The position numbers and the translations under genes were made by a program. Below the pieces are notes generated by a model. The model searched no databases. It saw nothing but the letters and a program-made list of their open reading frames with translations, and was not told the origin of the DNA. DNA of 64,000 bases from Candidatus Krumholzibacteriia bacterium (GTDB lineage Bacteria > Krumholzibacteriota > Krumholzibacteriia > LZORAL124-64-63), in the NCBI GenBank assembly GCA_050174015.1, contig JBFXKG010000006.1, positions 32,001 to 96,000 of the forward strand. Reading direction: 5' to 3'. Shown here piece after piece: positions 38,538 through 50,613 of this stretch (positions are counted from its first letter, which is position 1; each line of letters begins with the position of its first letter).

Positions 38538-39065
38538 TCAAGCGCCGATGGCCTCCATGTGGGCGATCCCGCCGTCATCCTTCCGGTAGATCACGCCCAC
38601 GCCCGAGGTCTCGATGTTGCGGAAGACCAGGAAAGGCAGGCTCCCCGCCAGAAAGGCCTCCTTGGCCGATTCGACGTCCATGTCGCGCAGGACGAATCCC
38701 TCGGGCCGGCTGTCGCCGGAACCCAGGGGACCGTCGGCCAGCATCGCCCTGCCGAGGCCGCCCTCCTCGCCCTTCTGCTTGCCGCTGATCTTGCCCTTGA
38801 ACTTGGAAAGCTGGACCCTGAGGTTCTCCACCAGATCGTTGACGGCGAACTCGGGCTCGGCGGCCTCGGCCTTGGCCCGGAACTCGTTGTTCTTGAGGAA
38901 CAGGGCCGCGTCGGCGCTGAACGACCCCGCCTCGTGGACCAGGGTGACCTTGACGTTCTGCACCGGCCGGGGGCTGAAACGTTCCAGCTTCTCGAGGGAG
39001 CTCTCGATCTCTTCCCGCTGCTCCTCGCCGAGGGTGAAATGGCGGGCGATGATTTCCATCTGCAT
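38538..39065 (-). CDS. hpf: Ribosome hibernation promoting factor (long HPF)
   Basis: ARHFTL N-terminus, C-terminal FLVFRN...VIYRKDDG; directly after rpoN. Confidence 0.85.
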   Translation of the reverse strand: MQMEIIARHFTLGEEQREEIESSLEKLERFSPRPVQNVKVTLVHEAGSFSADAALFLKNNEFRAKAEAAEPEFAVNDLVENLRVQLSKFKGKISGKQKGEEGGLGRAMLADGPLGSGDSRPEGFVLRDMDVESAKEAFLAGSLPFLVFRNIETSGVGVIYRKDDGGIAHMEAIGA

Positions 39066-39101
39066 AGCGTCCTCCTTCATCGGGGCGGAAGCCCCACGGG
39101 G

Positions 39102-40529
39102 TCAGAACTGCTTTCGCATCCTCGCACTGAGAATCCCCATCTGCTCCCGGTACTTGGCGACGGTGCGCCGGGCGATCTTCAGCCCGCGCTCCTGGAGCAT
39201 GTCAACGATCTTCTTGTCCGACAAAGGCTTCGCGGGGTTTTCCTTTTCGATGATCTCCTGGATCATGATCTTCACCGCCTTGGCGGCGACCTCCACCCCG
39301 GATCGGGAATCCAGCCCCGCACTGAAGAAGAACTTCAAGGGGAAGACGCCCCGGGGGGTCTGGACGTACTTCTGGCGGGTGACCCGCGACACCGTGGATT
39401 CGTGCATTCCGATCTTCGATGCGACCTGCTGCAGGGTCAAGGGCTTTAGCGCGATCGCGCCCTTCTCGAAGAAATCCCTCTGCTCCTCGACGATGGCCTC
39501 CATCACCTTGATCATGGTCCGCCGGCGCTGCTCGATGGTCTTGATGACCCATTCGGCGTGGCGCCGCTTCTCGTCGATGAACTTGACCGTGTCCTCGCTG
39601 CTGACGCCGCTCTGCTCGTAGGCCTGGCTGACGCGGAGCTGGGGCAGGTTGCCGTCGTTGAGGTACACGACGTATTCGTCGCTGCCCTCGTCGACCTTGA
39701 CGACCTCGAGATCGGGAACGATGACCCGGGCCCCCTCGCTCTCGGCCGCCATGCCGGGCCGGGGGTCGAGCTCGCCGATCCGCTTGGCGATGTCCTGGAC
39801 CTCGTGCGGGGTGATCTTCATCTCGCGGGCGATGTCGCCGAACTTGCGGTTCTTCAGGGATTCGAAGTGGTGCCGGATGACGTGGGCCTCGTCCGATTCC
39901 TCCAGGCCCTTGGCCTCGAGCTGCAGCAGCAGGCATTCCTGGAGATCCCGGGCGGCGACGCCCGGCGGGTCGAAACCCTGGATGATCCGCAGCACAGCCT
40001 CCACGGCGGCCTCGTCCACCTCGAAGTAGGCGGCGATCTCCGCCACCGGACAGGCCAGCATGCCGTCCCCGTTGAGGCAGCCGATGATGTATTCGCCGAT
40101 CCGGCGCTCGAGACCTTCGGGGACGGCCAGCTGCAGCTGATCGGTCAGGGCTTCCTGGCCGGAGGGGACGTACTTCTGGGGCCGCTCGAGCTCGTCCTCC
40201 TCCTCGTAGCCGATTTCGTTGGCAACGCCGCGGAAACCCTCGTCCCAGCTGTCCCCCCAGTCCCGGTTCTCGTCCTGAGGCTCCCGCTCCTGGTCCCTCC
40301 CGGTCTCCTCGAGCTCCGAGACCTCGTTCTCCAGTCTGGTCTCCTCCTCCAGTTCCTCCTCCGGCTCCACTTCCTCCAGCAGGGGGTTCCCCTGCAGCTC
40401 GGTGCGCAGGATCTGCTCCAGTTCCAGGGTGGGGACCTGGAGCAGCTTCAGGGCCTGCTGCAGCCGCTGGGTCATGACCAGCTGCTGGCGCAGCTGCATG
40501 CTCTGTCTCAAGCCGATGTTCGGACCCAT
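39102..40529 (-). CDS. rpoN: RNA polymerase sigma54 factor
   Basis: QQALKLLQ, HESTVSR, RpoN box ARRTVAKYRE. Confidence 0.98.
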   Translation of the reverse strand: MGPNIGLRQSMQLRQQLVMTQRLQQALKLLQVPTLELEQILRTELQGNPLLEEVEPEEELEEETRLENEVSELEETGRDQEREPQDENRDWGDSWDEGFRGVANEIGYEEEDELERPQKYVPSGQEALTDQLQLAVPEGLERRIGEYIIGCLNGDGMLACPVAEIAAYFEVDEAAVEAVLRIIQGFDPPGVAARDLQECLLLQLEAKGLEESDEAHVIRHHFESLKNRKFGDIAREMKITPHEVQDIAKRIGELDPRPGMAAESEGARVIVPDLEVVKVDEGSDEYVVYLNDGNLPQLRVSQAYEQSGVSSEDTVKFIDEKRRHAEWVIKTIEQRRRTMIKVMEAIVEEQRDFFEKGAIALKPLTLQQVASKIGMHESTVSRVTRQKYVQTPRGVFPLKFFFSAGLDSRSGVEVAAKAVKIMIQEIIEKENPAKPLSDKKIVDMLQERGLKIARRTVAKYREQMGILSARMRKQF

Positions 40530-40593
40530 CGCATCCGTCCTTTGGTCATCCCCCCGGGAATCCGTTCCCGGCGGGGTGGGGCCGCCCGGCCCT

Positions 40594-41331
40594 CTATAGT
40601 TGGAACTTCTCGCCCAGGTAGATGGCCCTGGCCTTCTCCGAGCCCACGATCTCCGCGGCCGAACCCGCCAGTTCGATCTTCCCGTCGAACAGGATGTAGG
40701 ACCGGTCCGTGATGCTCAGCGTCTCCCGGACGTTATGGTCGGTGATCAGCACTCCCAGCCCGTTCGCCTTCAGCTGCACCACCACCGACTGCAGGTCGGC
40801 CACGGCGATGGGATCGATGCCGGCGAAGGGCTCGTCCAGCAGCATGAATTTCGGTTCGGTGACCAGGGCCCTGGCGATCTCCACCCGGCGCCGCTCCCCG
40901 CCCGAGAGCTGGTAGCCCCGGCTCTTGCGGACGTGGCCGACACCCATCATTTCCAGGAGCTCTTCCAGCCGCCGCGCCTGCTCGGCCCGCGAGGCGCGCG
41001 TGGTCTGCAGGATGGCCAGGATGTTCTCCTCCACCGTCAGCTTGCGGAAGATGGAGGATTCCTGGGGCAGATACCCGATCCCCAGCCTGGCCCGCTTGTA
41101 CATGGGCAGCCGGCTGATGTCCCTGCCGTCGAGATGGACGAGCCCCTCGTCGGGGGTGATGAAGCCGACGATCATGTAGAAGGACGTCGTTTTCCCCGCC
41201 CCGTTGGGCCCCAGCAGACCGACGATTTCACCCTGGTTGAGCTCGAGGTCCACCCCGTCGACCACGGCCCGGCCCCGGTAGACCTTGCGCAGGCCCTTGA
41301 CGGTGAGGATGGATCCTGGCCGGTCGGTCAT
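40594..41331 (-). CDS. lptB: LPS export ABC ATPase
   Basis: [36 protein letters not shown]. Confidence 0.96.
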   Translation of the reverse strand: MTDRPGSILTVKGLRKVYRGRAVVDGVDLELNQGEIVGLLGPNGAGKTTSFYMIVGFITPDEGLVHLDGRDISRLPMYKRARLGIGYLPQESSIFRKLTVEENILAILQTTRASRAEQARRLEELLEMMGVGHVRKSRGYQLSGGERRRVEIARALVTEPKFMLLDEPFAGIDPIAVADLQSVVVQLKANGLGVLITDHNVRETLSITDRSYILFDGKIELAGSAAEIVGSEKARAIYLGEKFQL

Positions 41332-41909
41332 TGGTTCGCGGTTCCTTCCTCCGCAGGGGCGTCCTCGACCTCGCTGGCGAAATCGGTCTTGATTTCAAAG
41401 TACTCCAGATCGGGCGTCGCTTCCATCCCGATCCCCGTGGCGACGCCGCTTTCCCAGACGAAACGGTCGAAGACCTCGTTGGTGATCAGTTCGCTCTCGT
41501 TGTCGTAGAAGAGCTCCTCGGTCTCGAGGCTGCGCCCCTCGATGTTCTCGAGGTGGACGTCGCCCCAGACGTGGACCGCGTGGGTATGGGGATTGGCCCG
41601 GCCGCTGTCGGCGGTCAAGGTGGAGAAGGGCTTCCCCTCCCGGTAGAAATCCATCGTCACCGTCACCAGGGTCACGTCGTCGATCCCGCTGTACTTGTGC
41701 ATCAGCTCGCTCTTGAGGATCCAGCTGCGGACCCCGCCGGACGTCTCGATCATGTTCTGGTCGAAGAAGGTCTGTTCGAGCACCGGCCCCTGCGGCGCCG
41801 GTGCGGGCGACTCGGGCTCGCTGGCGTCCCGGCAACCGCCGGACCCCAGGGCCGCCAGGAGCAGGGCCGCCGGGAGCAGGGCCGCCGTCATGACCTTGCG
41901 GACAGTCAC
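41328..41909 (-). CDS. lptC: LPS export periplasmic protein, LptC-like
   Basis: [23 protein letters not shown]; directly upstream of lptB. Confidence 0.8.
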   Translation of the reverse strand: MTVRKVMTAALLPAALLLAALGSGGCRDASEPESPAPAPQGPVLEQTFFDQNMIETSGGVRSWILKSELMHKYSGIDDVTLVTVTMDFYREGKPFSTLTADSGRANPHTHAVHVWGDVHLENIEGRSLETEELFYDNESELITNEVFDRFVWESGVATGIGMEATPDLEYFEIKTDFASEVEDAPAEEGTANQ

Positions 41910-41932
41910 GATTCATCCTTCCTGCCGACTGT

Positions 41933-42892
41933 TCAAACCCGCGACCGGAGATTCCACCGGTCATGAAACCAGACCCACTCCACGGGGTTCCCCCGCAGGA
42001 AAGCCTCGAGCCCGACGTTCCAGGCGGCGAGGAATTCCTCCAGCGGCCTGGCCGAGCCCGGATCGCCGGGGCGGGACCAGGGTTCGATCACCCCCTGGCG
42101 CCGCACCAGGTGAACCCCCGTCTCCGGATCGCGCCCCATCGCGACCGGGAGGACGGGCGTCCCCAGCCTGAGCGCCATCCGGGCCGGTCCCGCGGGGGTC
42201 GGGGCGTGGTGCCCGCAGAACGGGACGGGTGGATCGTCCCCGGCCAGGTTCTGATCCAGCAGGACCGCGGCCACGCCGCCGCCACGGAGGTGCCCCAGCA
42301 GTCCGCGGGCGCCCCGCTCCCGGGGCAGGACCCTCATTCCCAGGGCCCGCCGCCGCCCCTGGACCAGACGATCGACCGGAGGATTGTGGATCGTTCCGGT
42401 CACCACCCCAAGGGGATCCAATCCATCTTCAGCGAGGCGGAGCGCGATCCAGGCGCCCAACAGCTCCCAGCACCCGAAGTGCCCGGTCAGGATGAGCACC
42501 CCTCGCCCCCGCTGATGGAGCCGCCGCACCACCTGGACGAAGGTCTCCGGGGGTTCCCCGGGGCAGGGCTCCTCCCTCACCATACCGGAATTCCCGACCA
42601 TCCGCCCGGCCGCCAGCATGTCGAAGAGGTTGCGACCGAGGGCGAGGGCCGAACGCCTGAGCATCGCCTCCCGGTCCGGGGTCGACACCGCGGGAAATAC
42701 CAGGGCCAGGTTGTCCAGGCCGAGGCGGCGCTCCCGCCGGCGCAAGCGCAGGGCAAGGCGTCCCCAGCAGCCGCCCCAGGACCGTCCCCAGGACAGGGGA
42801 GCGGCGCGGACCAGTCCCAGGAAAGCCAGCGTCAGGAGCCAGTAGACCCGCCGGCGCAACCGGCGCGCCGGCGAAACGGGATGTCCAGCCAC
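41933..42892 (-). CDS. Lipid A late acyltransferase (LpxL/HtrB family)
   Basis: LTGHFGCWE, LLDQN, PVEWVWFHDRW; GTG start after GAGGAG. Confidence 0.88.
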   Translation of the reverse strand: MAGHPVSPARRLRRRVYWLLTLAFLGLVRAAPLSWGRSWGGCWGRLALRLRRRERRLGLDNLALVFPAVSTPDREAMLRRSALALGRNLFDMLAAGRMVGNSGMVREEPCPGEPPETFVQVVRRLHQRGRGVLILTGHFGCWELLGAWIALRLAEDGLDPLGVVTGTIHNPPVDRLVQGRRRALGMRVLPRERGARGLLGHLRGGGVAAVLLDQNLAGDDPPVPFCGHHAPTPAGPARMALRLGTPVLPVAMGRDPETGVHLVRRQGVIEPWSRPGDPGSARPLEEFLAAWNVGLEAFLRGNPVEWVWFHDRWNLRSRV

Positions 42893-42963
42893 CCGACCCT
42901 CCTCAGCCGATCCTGCCGGGATTCCTCCTCCGCCAAGCTTGGCGGGCAGGAAGCCGCCCGTCA

Positions 42964-42980
42964 AGCACATATTGTGCCAA
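42964..42980 (-). promoter_or_regulatory. sigma54-type promoter upstream of the lpxL-lptC-lptB-rpoN operon
   Basis: Minus strand TTGGCACAATATGTGCT (GG-N10-GC). Confidence 0.72.
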
Positions 42981-43130
42981 CCATGTAAGGCTAATGAAAA
43001 AACCAAGTTGTCGCCAGAATGGACCGGAGAAATTGAGAAATCATATGATCCCGGCAGGGCGCGGAACGACCTGGCCGCGGAAGTCAGGACGGGGCAGGAT
43101 GTTCCAGCGAGGTCGCCCCCCGGCCCGGGT

Positions 43131-44150
43131 TCAGAACAGTCCGGCCCGCAGGACGTCGTGGATGTGGAGCAGACCCAGGGGACGGTTCTCCTCGTCGGTG
43201 ACGATGAGCAGGGTCACCGGCCCCTGTTCCCGCTTCTCCATCAGCCGCAGGGCCGTCAGGGCCAGCATGTCCGCGGGGATGGTGGTGGGCCGGGGGTTCA
43301 TGACCTCGCTGATGGGGCGGTCCAGTGCGTCTTCCCGATCCAGGAGGAACCGCTTGATGTCCCCGTCGACGCAGATTCCCGCCAGCTTCCCCTCCCCGTC
43401 GACGACGCAGGTTCCGCCCAGGCGTTTGCCGACGATCTCCGGCAGGGACTGCCGCAGGGTCAGGGTGTGGCCGACCACGGGCAGTTCCGGGCCGGAGTGC
43501 ATGAGCTCCGCCACCTTGATCAGCAGCCGCCGGCCCAGCACGCCGCTGGGATGGAACAGGGCGAAGTCCTCGGACCGGAATCCCCGCATGCGGATGAGGG
43601 CGACCACGAGGGCATCCCCCATCGCCATCGCAGCCACGGCGCTGGAGGTCGGGGTCAGGTTGAGGGGGCAGGCTTCCTTCTCCACCGGGGTGTGCAGGAC
43701 GATGTGGCTGGCCAGGGCCAGCTCGGAGTCCGGTTTCCCCGTGATGGTCAGGGTGGTCATGCCGAACTGGCGGCAGCGCGCCACCAGACCCACGACCTCG
43801 GGGTTGTTGCCGCTGCGGCTGATGGAGACCAGCAGGTCGGAACCCTGGACGATGCCCAGATCGCCGTGGGCCGCCTCCACCGGGTGGATGAAGTGGCTGG
43901 GCGTACCCGTGCTGGTCAAGGTGGCCGCGAGTTTGCGGGCGATGATCCCCGACTTGCCCAGCCCCGTCACCAGGACCATGCCCTTGCAGGCGTAGAGGGT
44001 GCGGACCGCCCGGGCGAAGCCGTCGTCGAGCGAGGCGCCGACCGCGGCGACCGCCGCGGCTTCCTCCGCGAAGGCCGCGGCCCCGATGGCCACCAGCTCG
44101 GCGTCGGTGAAATCGGGATCGGGCGTCTTCGGATGCATGAATTCCTGCAC
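43131..44150 (-). CDS. kdsD: Arabinose-5-phosphate isomerase (KpsF/GutQ, SIS plus CBS)
   Basis: GLGKSG, STGTP, EAAHGDLG, EACPLNLTPTSS, FHPSG. Confidence 0.94.
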   Translation of the reverse strand: MQEFMHPKTPDPDFTDAELVAIGAAAFAEEAAAVAAVGASLDDGFARAVRTLYACKGMVLVTGLGKSGIIARKLAATLTSTGTPSHFIHPVEAAHGDLGIVQGSDLLVSISRSGNNPEVVGLVARCRQFGMTTLTITGKPDSELALASHIVLHTPVEKEACPLNLTPTSSAVAAMAMGDALVVALIRMRGFRSEDFALFHPSGVLGRRLLIKVAELMHSGPELPVVGHTLTLRQSLPEIVGKRLGGTCVVDGEGKLAGICVDGDIKRFLLDREDALDRPISEVMNPRPTTIPADMLALTALRLMEKREQGPVTLLIVTDEENRPLGLLHIHDVLRAGLF

Positions 44151-44153
44151 GGC

Positions 44154-44795
44154 TCACCCCTTCTCATCGGAAGAGAGATCTTCCCGGCGGGGGTGCCACG
44201 ATTCCTGACCGATCCGGACCAGCGCTTCCCCGAAGAGGCCCGAGGCCTTGAGGACCAGGTCCAGGACCTCCCGCACCGCACCCCGGCCCCCGCCCGCGGT
44301 GGTCACGTAACGGCAGCGTTCCCTGACCTCGGCCGGCGCCTCGGGGACGGTCACCGGCAGTCCGACGGCGTGCAGCACGGGCAGGTCGATCAGGTCGTCC
44401 CCCATGTACAGCGTCTCGGCAGCCCGCACCCCCGTCTCGGCCAGGATTTCCTCCAGCGCCGTCCCCTTGTCGAAGCGTCCCAGCTTGATGCTCTCGAACC
44501 GCAGCTCGCGGCACCGCCGGGCGACGATCCCGCTGTTGCGCCCGGTCAGGACGGCGCGCTTGAGCCCCACGGTCCGCGCCAGCACCAGACCCAGCCCGTC
44601 CCGGCTGTTGAATTCCTTGAGGGCCTCGCCGCCGGAACCGTAGCTGATGGCTCCGGTCGTCATGATCCCGTCGGCGTCCAGGACGACCAGCTTGATCGAC
44701 CCGAAAAGCGCGGACAGGTCCGGTCCCAGCAGAGCGCCGGCCGCGGCCATCTCCTGGGCCGGAGTCCGGTCGTACCAGGGCAGCGGGCCGCTCAT
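44154..44795 (-). CDS. kdsC: KDO-8-phosphate phosphatase
   Basis: LDADG, RDGLG, MGDDLID, GGRGAVRE. Confidence 0.92.
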   Translation of the reverse strand: MSGPLPWYDRTPAQEMAAAGALLGPDLSALFGSIKLVVLDADGIMTTGAISYGSGGEALKEFNSRDGLGLVLARTVGLKRAVLTGRNSGIVARRCRELRFESIKLGRFDKGTALEEILAETGVRAAETLYMGDDLIDLPVLHAVGLPVTVPEAPAEVRERCRYVTTAGGGRGAVREVLDLVLKASGLFGEALVRIGQESWHPRREDLSSDEKG

Positions 44796-45628
44796 GCCTG
44801 CTCCCGCAGGTAGAGCTCACGGAACGCCTTGAGGCCCGCCACCAGGGGAGCGAAGGACTCCAGCGGCAACTGGCTGCCGGCGTCGCTCAGGGCCCGCGAG
44901 GGCTCCGGATGGACCTCGAGGAACAGGGCGTCGGCCCCGGCCGCCATGCCGCACCGGGCGAGCAGGGGGATGAGCGCCGGCTTGCCCCCGGTGGTCACGC
45001 CCGTGCTGCCGGGGGTCTGGACCGAATGGGTGGCGTCGAAGACGACCGGCCGCCCCAGGGCCCGCATGGTCTGGATGCCCCGGAAGTCCACGGTCAGGTC
45101 CCGGTACCCGAAGAAGGTGCCGCGCTCGGTGAAGAGCACCCGCCCGCAGCCGGCTGTCTCGAGCTTGCCGGCCACGTGGCCCATGTCCTCGGGCGCGAGG
45201 AACTGCCCCTTCTTGACGTTGACCACGCGCCCGGTCCGGGCGGCGGCCTCCAGCAGCGAGGTCTGGCGGCACATGAACGCGGGGATCTGGAGGACGTCGG
45301 CGACCTCCGCGACCGCCGCGGCCTCGTCGGGATGGTGGATGTCCGTCAGGACGGGCGCCCCCACGGAGTCCTTGATCCGCTGCAGCAGCCGCAACCCCTC
45401 CTCCAGGCCCGGTCCCCGGTAGGAGTCGGCGCTCGTGCGGTTGTCCTTCCGGTAGCTCGACTTGAAGCAGTAGCCCAGCCCGAGTCCCCGGCAGGCGGCG
45501 GCCAGTCGCTCGGCGACGGCGAGCATCTCGTCGGGATCCTCGAGGACGCAGGGGCCCGCGATGACGTACAGGGGCTCGCCGTGACCGATGCGGCGATCAG
45601 CCAGGACGATGGGAACGGCGAGGGACAT
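44792..45628 (-). CDS. kdsA: KDO-8-phosphate synthase
   Basis: IAGPCVLE, KDNRTS, QIPAFMCRQT, KKGQF, DATHSVQ. Confidence 0.96.
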   Translation of the reverse strand: MSLAVPIVLADRRIGHGEPLYVIAGPCVLEDPDEMLAVAERLAAACRGLGLGYCFKSSYRKDNRTSADSYRGPGLEEGLRLLQRIKDSVGAPVLTDIHHPDEAAAVAEVADVLQIPAFMCRQTSLLEAAARTGRVVNVKKGQFLAPEDMGHVAGKLETAGCGRVLFTERGTFFGYRDLTVDFRGIQTMRALGRPVVFDATHSVQTPGSTGVTTGGKPALIPLLARCGMAAGADALFLEVHPEPSRALSDAGSQLPLESFAPLVAGLKAFRELYLREQA

Positions 45629-45642
45629 GACCGACTCCTGGG

Positions 45643-47298
<1,656 letters not shown>

Positions 47299-47331
47299 GG
47301 TATCCTTTCCTTGCCGGAGTCGATCCCGGGC

Positions 47332-48102
47332 TCAGGGACGGCCTGCGCCCCCCGGCCAGATCCTGCGGACTTCCTCGAGGTCCTCCGGGGTGTCCACGCC
47401 CACCGGCGCGCCCCCGATCACGGTCACGCCGATCCTGCCCCCGTGTTCCATGATCCGCAGCTGCTCGAGTCCTTCCTGCCGTTCGAGGGCTCCCGGTTCG
47501 AGCCCGGGGAAGCGCAGCAGGGCCTCGCGCCTGAAGGCGTAGATGCCCACGTGCCTCAGCGCCGCCCGGTGGGCGGGGGCGTCCCTGCCGGGAAAGGTAC
47601 CCGGGATGGGCGCGCGGGAAAAGTACAAAGCCACGCCCTGCCGGTCGACCAGCACCTTGACCGCGTTGGGATCGCTCCAGAGGCGCTCGCCAGGGAACGG
47701 ATGGGCGCAGGTGGCGACCTCGAGATCCGGGTCCTCCCGCAACCTGCGGATGAGCCCTCCCGCGGCGGCGGGATCCAGGAGCGGCTCGTCTCCCTGGAGG
47801 TTGACCACGATGCCGGCCTCGCTGGACCGGGCGACCTCGGCCACCCGCTCGGTCCCGGTGGGGTGCGGGCCCGTCATGACCGCCCGGTAACCGGCCCCGG
47901 CGACGGCGGCGAGGATCCGCTCGTCGTCCGTGGCGACGACGATCTCGTCGGCTTCCGGGATCCTGGCGGCGTTCTCCACCACCCTGACGATCAGGGGACG
48001 CCCGCCCAGGTCGGCCAGGGCCTTGCCGGGAAACCGGGTGGAGCCGTATCGGGCGGGAATGACCACCAGGCTGCGGTCGGCGGCTTCGGCGGGAGGGATC
48101 AT
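47332..48102 (-). CDS. kdsB: CMP-KDO synthetase
   Basis: IPARYGSTRFPGK, NLQGDEP, YFSRAPIP, LEQLR. Confidence 0.96.
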   Translation of the reverse strand: MIPPAEAADRSLVVIPARYGSTRFPGKALADLGGRPLIVRVVENAARIPEADEIVVATDDERILAAVAGAGYRAVMTGPHPTGTERVAEVARSSEAGIVVNLQGDEPLLDPAAAGGLIRRLREDPDLEVATCAHPFPGERLWSDPNAVKVLVDRQGVALYFSRAPIPGTFPGRDAPAHRAALRHVGIYAFRREALLRFPGLEPGALERQEGLEQLRIMEHGGRIGVTVIGGAPVGVDTPEDLEEVRRIWPGGAGRP

Positions 48103-48187
48103 GGTTCGCTCACCTCATTCATTCCGGTCCAACGAGAGAAGCCCGCCCCTTGCGGAGCGGGCTCGCGACCAGGTACTGCGCCCATCC

Positions 48188-48442
48188 CTAGAAGGGCTGG
48201 ATGCGGACCCGCTTTTTCGTTCCCCGGAAATCCTCGAAAACCACCGTTCCGTCGACCAGGGCGAACAGGGTGTCGTCCCCGCCCTTGCCGACGTTCACCC
48301 CGGGATGGATGCGGGTGCCGCGCTGGCGGACGATGATGGTGCCCGCCTGGACGGCCTGGCCGCCGAAGCGCTTCACGCCCAGGTTCTGGGGATTGGAATC
48401 GCGGCCGTTCCGCGTGCTTCCGCCTGCTTTCTTGTGAGCCAT
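48188..48442 (-). CDS. rpmA: 50S ribosomal protein L27
   Basis: [16 protein letters not shown]. Confidence 0.98.
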   Translation of the reverse strand: MAHKKAGGSTRNGRDSNPQNLGVKRFGGQAVQAGTIIVRQRGTRIHPGVNVGKGGDDTLFALVDGTVVFEDFRGTKKRVRIQPF

Positions 48443-48510
48443 GGTTCGCTCCTTGTTCTTCTGCGCCGATCCTGGCCGACCCGGCCCCGGCGAAATCCTG
48501 ACCAGACCGC

Positions 48511-48822
48511 CTAGACGGTGATTTCCGTGATCCTGATCGCAGTGAAGTGCTGCCGGTGACCGTTCTTGCGGCGGTAGTTCTTGCGGCGCTTCTTCTTGAA
48601 CACGATGATCTTGCGGCTGCGACCGTGTTCCACGATCTCGGCGGCCACGCTGGCGCCGGCGACGTTGGGGGTGCCGACCTGGATCCGGTCACCATCGGCG
48701 ACCAGCATCACATCGGCGAACGTCACCGCGGCCCCGACTTCCTCGGCGAGCAGGGGGACCTGCAACTCGGCGCCGGGAGTGACCCGGAACTGCTGGTTCT
48801 TGATCTTGACGACCGCGTACAT
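48511..48822 (-). CDS. rplU: 50S ribosomal protein L21
   Basis: [22 protein letters not shown]. Confidence 0.97.
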   Translation of the reverse strand: MYAVVKIKNQQFRVTPGAELQVPLLAEEVGAAVTFADVMLVADGDRIQVGTPNVAGASVAAEIVEHGRSRKIIVFKKKRRKNYRRKNGHRQHFTAIRITEITV

Positions 48823-48930
48823 CGCGTTTCTCTCCGCAGGCTGAATCGAATGACCCGTACCGGGGGCCCGCCCCGGCGCACGAATGTGCCCCGGGAAGGC
48901 GCGGCCTTCCGGAACCACGTAAGGCGAACA

Positions 48931-48958
48931 ATTATAAGCAATCCTGTCCCCGCGTCAA
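48931..48958 (-). promoter_or_regulatory. sigma70 promoter for rplU-rpmA
   Basis: Minus strand TTGACG-N16-TATAAT. Confidence 0.65.
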
Positions 48959-48995
48959 GAATTCCTGCATGAATTTCCGACAAGCCCCATTCAGG

Positions 48996-49023
48996 TTGAC
49001 AACAGTTGCGAAATTCGTAAGAT
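48996..49023 (+). promoter_or_regulatory. sigma70 promoter for trxB
   Basis: TTGACA-N16-TAAGAT. Confidence 0.6.
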
Positions 49024-49079
49024 ATCCGGACATCATTGAACAAGTGATTGCACCTTCCAGACCAGGAGTTTGAACGGAA

Positions 49080-50021
49080 ATGAGCGAAACCGCCGCCCCC
49101 AAGGTCATCATCATCGGATCCGGCCCCGCCGGTTTCACCGCCGGGATCTACCTGGGCCGGGCCAACCTGCCCAACCTGCTGTTCGAGGGCGACCAGCCCG
49201 GCGGCCAGTTGACCATCACCACCGACGTGGAGAACTACCCTGGATTCCCCGACGGCATCGAGGGTCCCGAACTCATGATGAAGTTCCGGGCGCAGGCCCA
49301 GCGCTTCGGAACGGTCATCAAGAGCGAAACGGTCACCTCCGTGGACCTCCAGAGCCGCCCCTTCAGGGTGACCACCAGCAAGGGCGAGTACACCGCGCCC
49401 GCCGTGATCATCGCCACCGGCAGCACCGCCCGCTGGCTCGGCCTGCCCGACGAGGAGAAGTTCCACGGCAAGGGCCTGAGCGCCTGCGCCACCTGCGACG
49501 GCTTCTTCTTCCGCGGCCAGGACGTCGCTGTCGTCGGGGGTGGCGACACCGCCCTGGAGGAAGCCACCTACCTGACGAACTTCGCCACCAAGGTGACGCT
49601 GATCCACCGGCGGGACGAACTGCGGGGATCGAAGATCATGCAGGACCGCGCCCTGGCTCATCCCAAGATCGAGATGGCCTGGAACAGCGTCATCGACCGT
49701 TATCTGCCCGACGATCAGGGCAGCCTCAAGGGGCTGGTCCTGAAGGACACCCGGGACGGGTCGACCCGGGAACTGGACGTGACCGGCTGTTTCATCGCCA
49801 TCGGGCACACCCCCAACACCGGGTTCCTCGACGGGCAACTCGAGACCGACGAGAACGGTTACCTGATCACCCGCGACAACAGCACCGCCACCGCCATTGC
49901 GGGCGTCTTCGCGGCGGGGGACGTCCAGGACCACGTCTACCGGCAGGCCGTCACCTCTGCGGGAACCGGCTGCATGGCCGCCATCGAGGCGGAACGCTGG
50001 CTGGGCGAACACGATTCGTAG
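49080..50021 (+). CDS. trxB: Thioredoxin reductase
   Basis: GSGPAG, CATCDG, GGGDTA, FAAGDV. Confidence 0.97.
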   Translation: MSETAAPKVIIIGSGPAGFTAGIYLGRANLPNLLFEGDQPGGQLTITTDVENYPGFPDGIEGPELMMKFRAQAQRFGTVIKSETVTSVDLQSRPFRVTTSKGEYTAPAVIIATGSTARWLGLPDEEKFHGKGLSACATCDGFFFRGQDVAVVGGGDTALEEATYLTNFATKVTLIHRRDELRGSKIMQDRALAHPKIEMAWNSVIDRYLPDDQGSLKGLVLKDTRDGSTRELDVTGCFIAIGHTPNTGFLDGQLETDENGYLITRDNSTATAIAGVFAAGDVQDHVYRQAVTSAGTGCMAAIEAERWLGEHDS

Positions 50022-50110
50022 AAGGGGCCGCGGCCCCCGGGACCCTGGTTTCCGGACCCCCGCTCAGGCCAGCGGGCGGCGGGCAGGAGGTAACGACGGT
50101 GGTTTCAAGC

Positions 50111-50497
50111 ATGCAACGGCGGCTGGGCATCGGAATCCTGCTCGGATTCCTGGTCGTCCTCGCACTGGTCTTCATGATCGTGCGGGGCAAGATGAAGCAC
50201 GACCTTTGGGAGATCACCAGTCTCGCCAACATGGCCTACATGGAATCCGACGAACCCGTGGAAGCCCTGCTGGTCTGGATCCAGTCCCCCCAGCACCACC
50301 TCGAGGAGCGCAACCGGGGGGTCTGGGCGCTGGGACAGCTTCGCGACCCCCGCGCCCTCACCGTTCTGGAGCGGTACCATCACGGCGGGGAATGCGATCA
50401 CGAGCACGAACTCTGTCAGAGGGAACTCGAGAAGGCCATCAGGATGATCAAGGGCGAGGGCATCGATCTCGTCCGCCTGCCGCCGCCGGAGGAATGA
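50111..50497 (+). CDS. Hypothetical membrane-anchored protein with a HEAT-like repeat
   Basis: N-terminal TM helix; VWALGQLRDPRAL; ECDHEHELCQ. Confidence 0.65.
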   Translation: MQRRLGIGILLGFLVVLALVFMIVRGKMKHDLWEITSLANMAYMESDEPVEALLVWIQSPQHHLEERNRGVWALGQLRDPRALTVLERYHHGGECDHEHELCQRELEKAIRMIKGEGIDLVRLPPPEE

Positions 50498-50613
50498 GGT
50501 CTCCGGCAAGCCTGGAAAGCAATGGAACCGGTCGCATCGGCGGGCACGGAAACGGCCTCAGGACGAGTGCGAAGCTGCCAATCCTGAGGCCGTTTCCGCG
50601 CCCGCCGAAAGAA

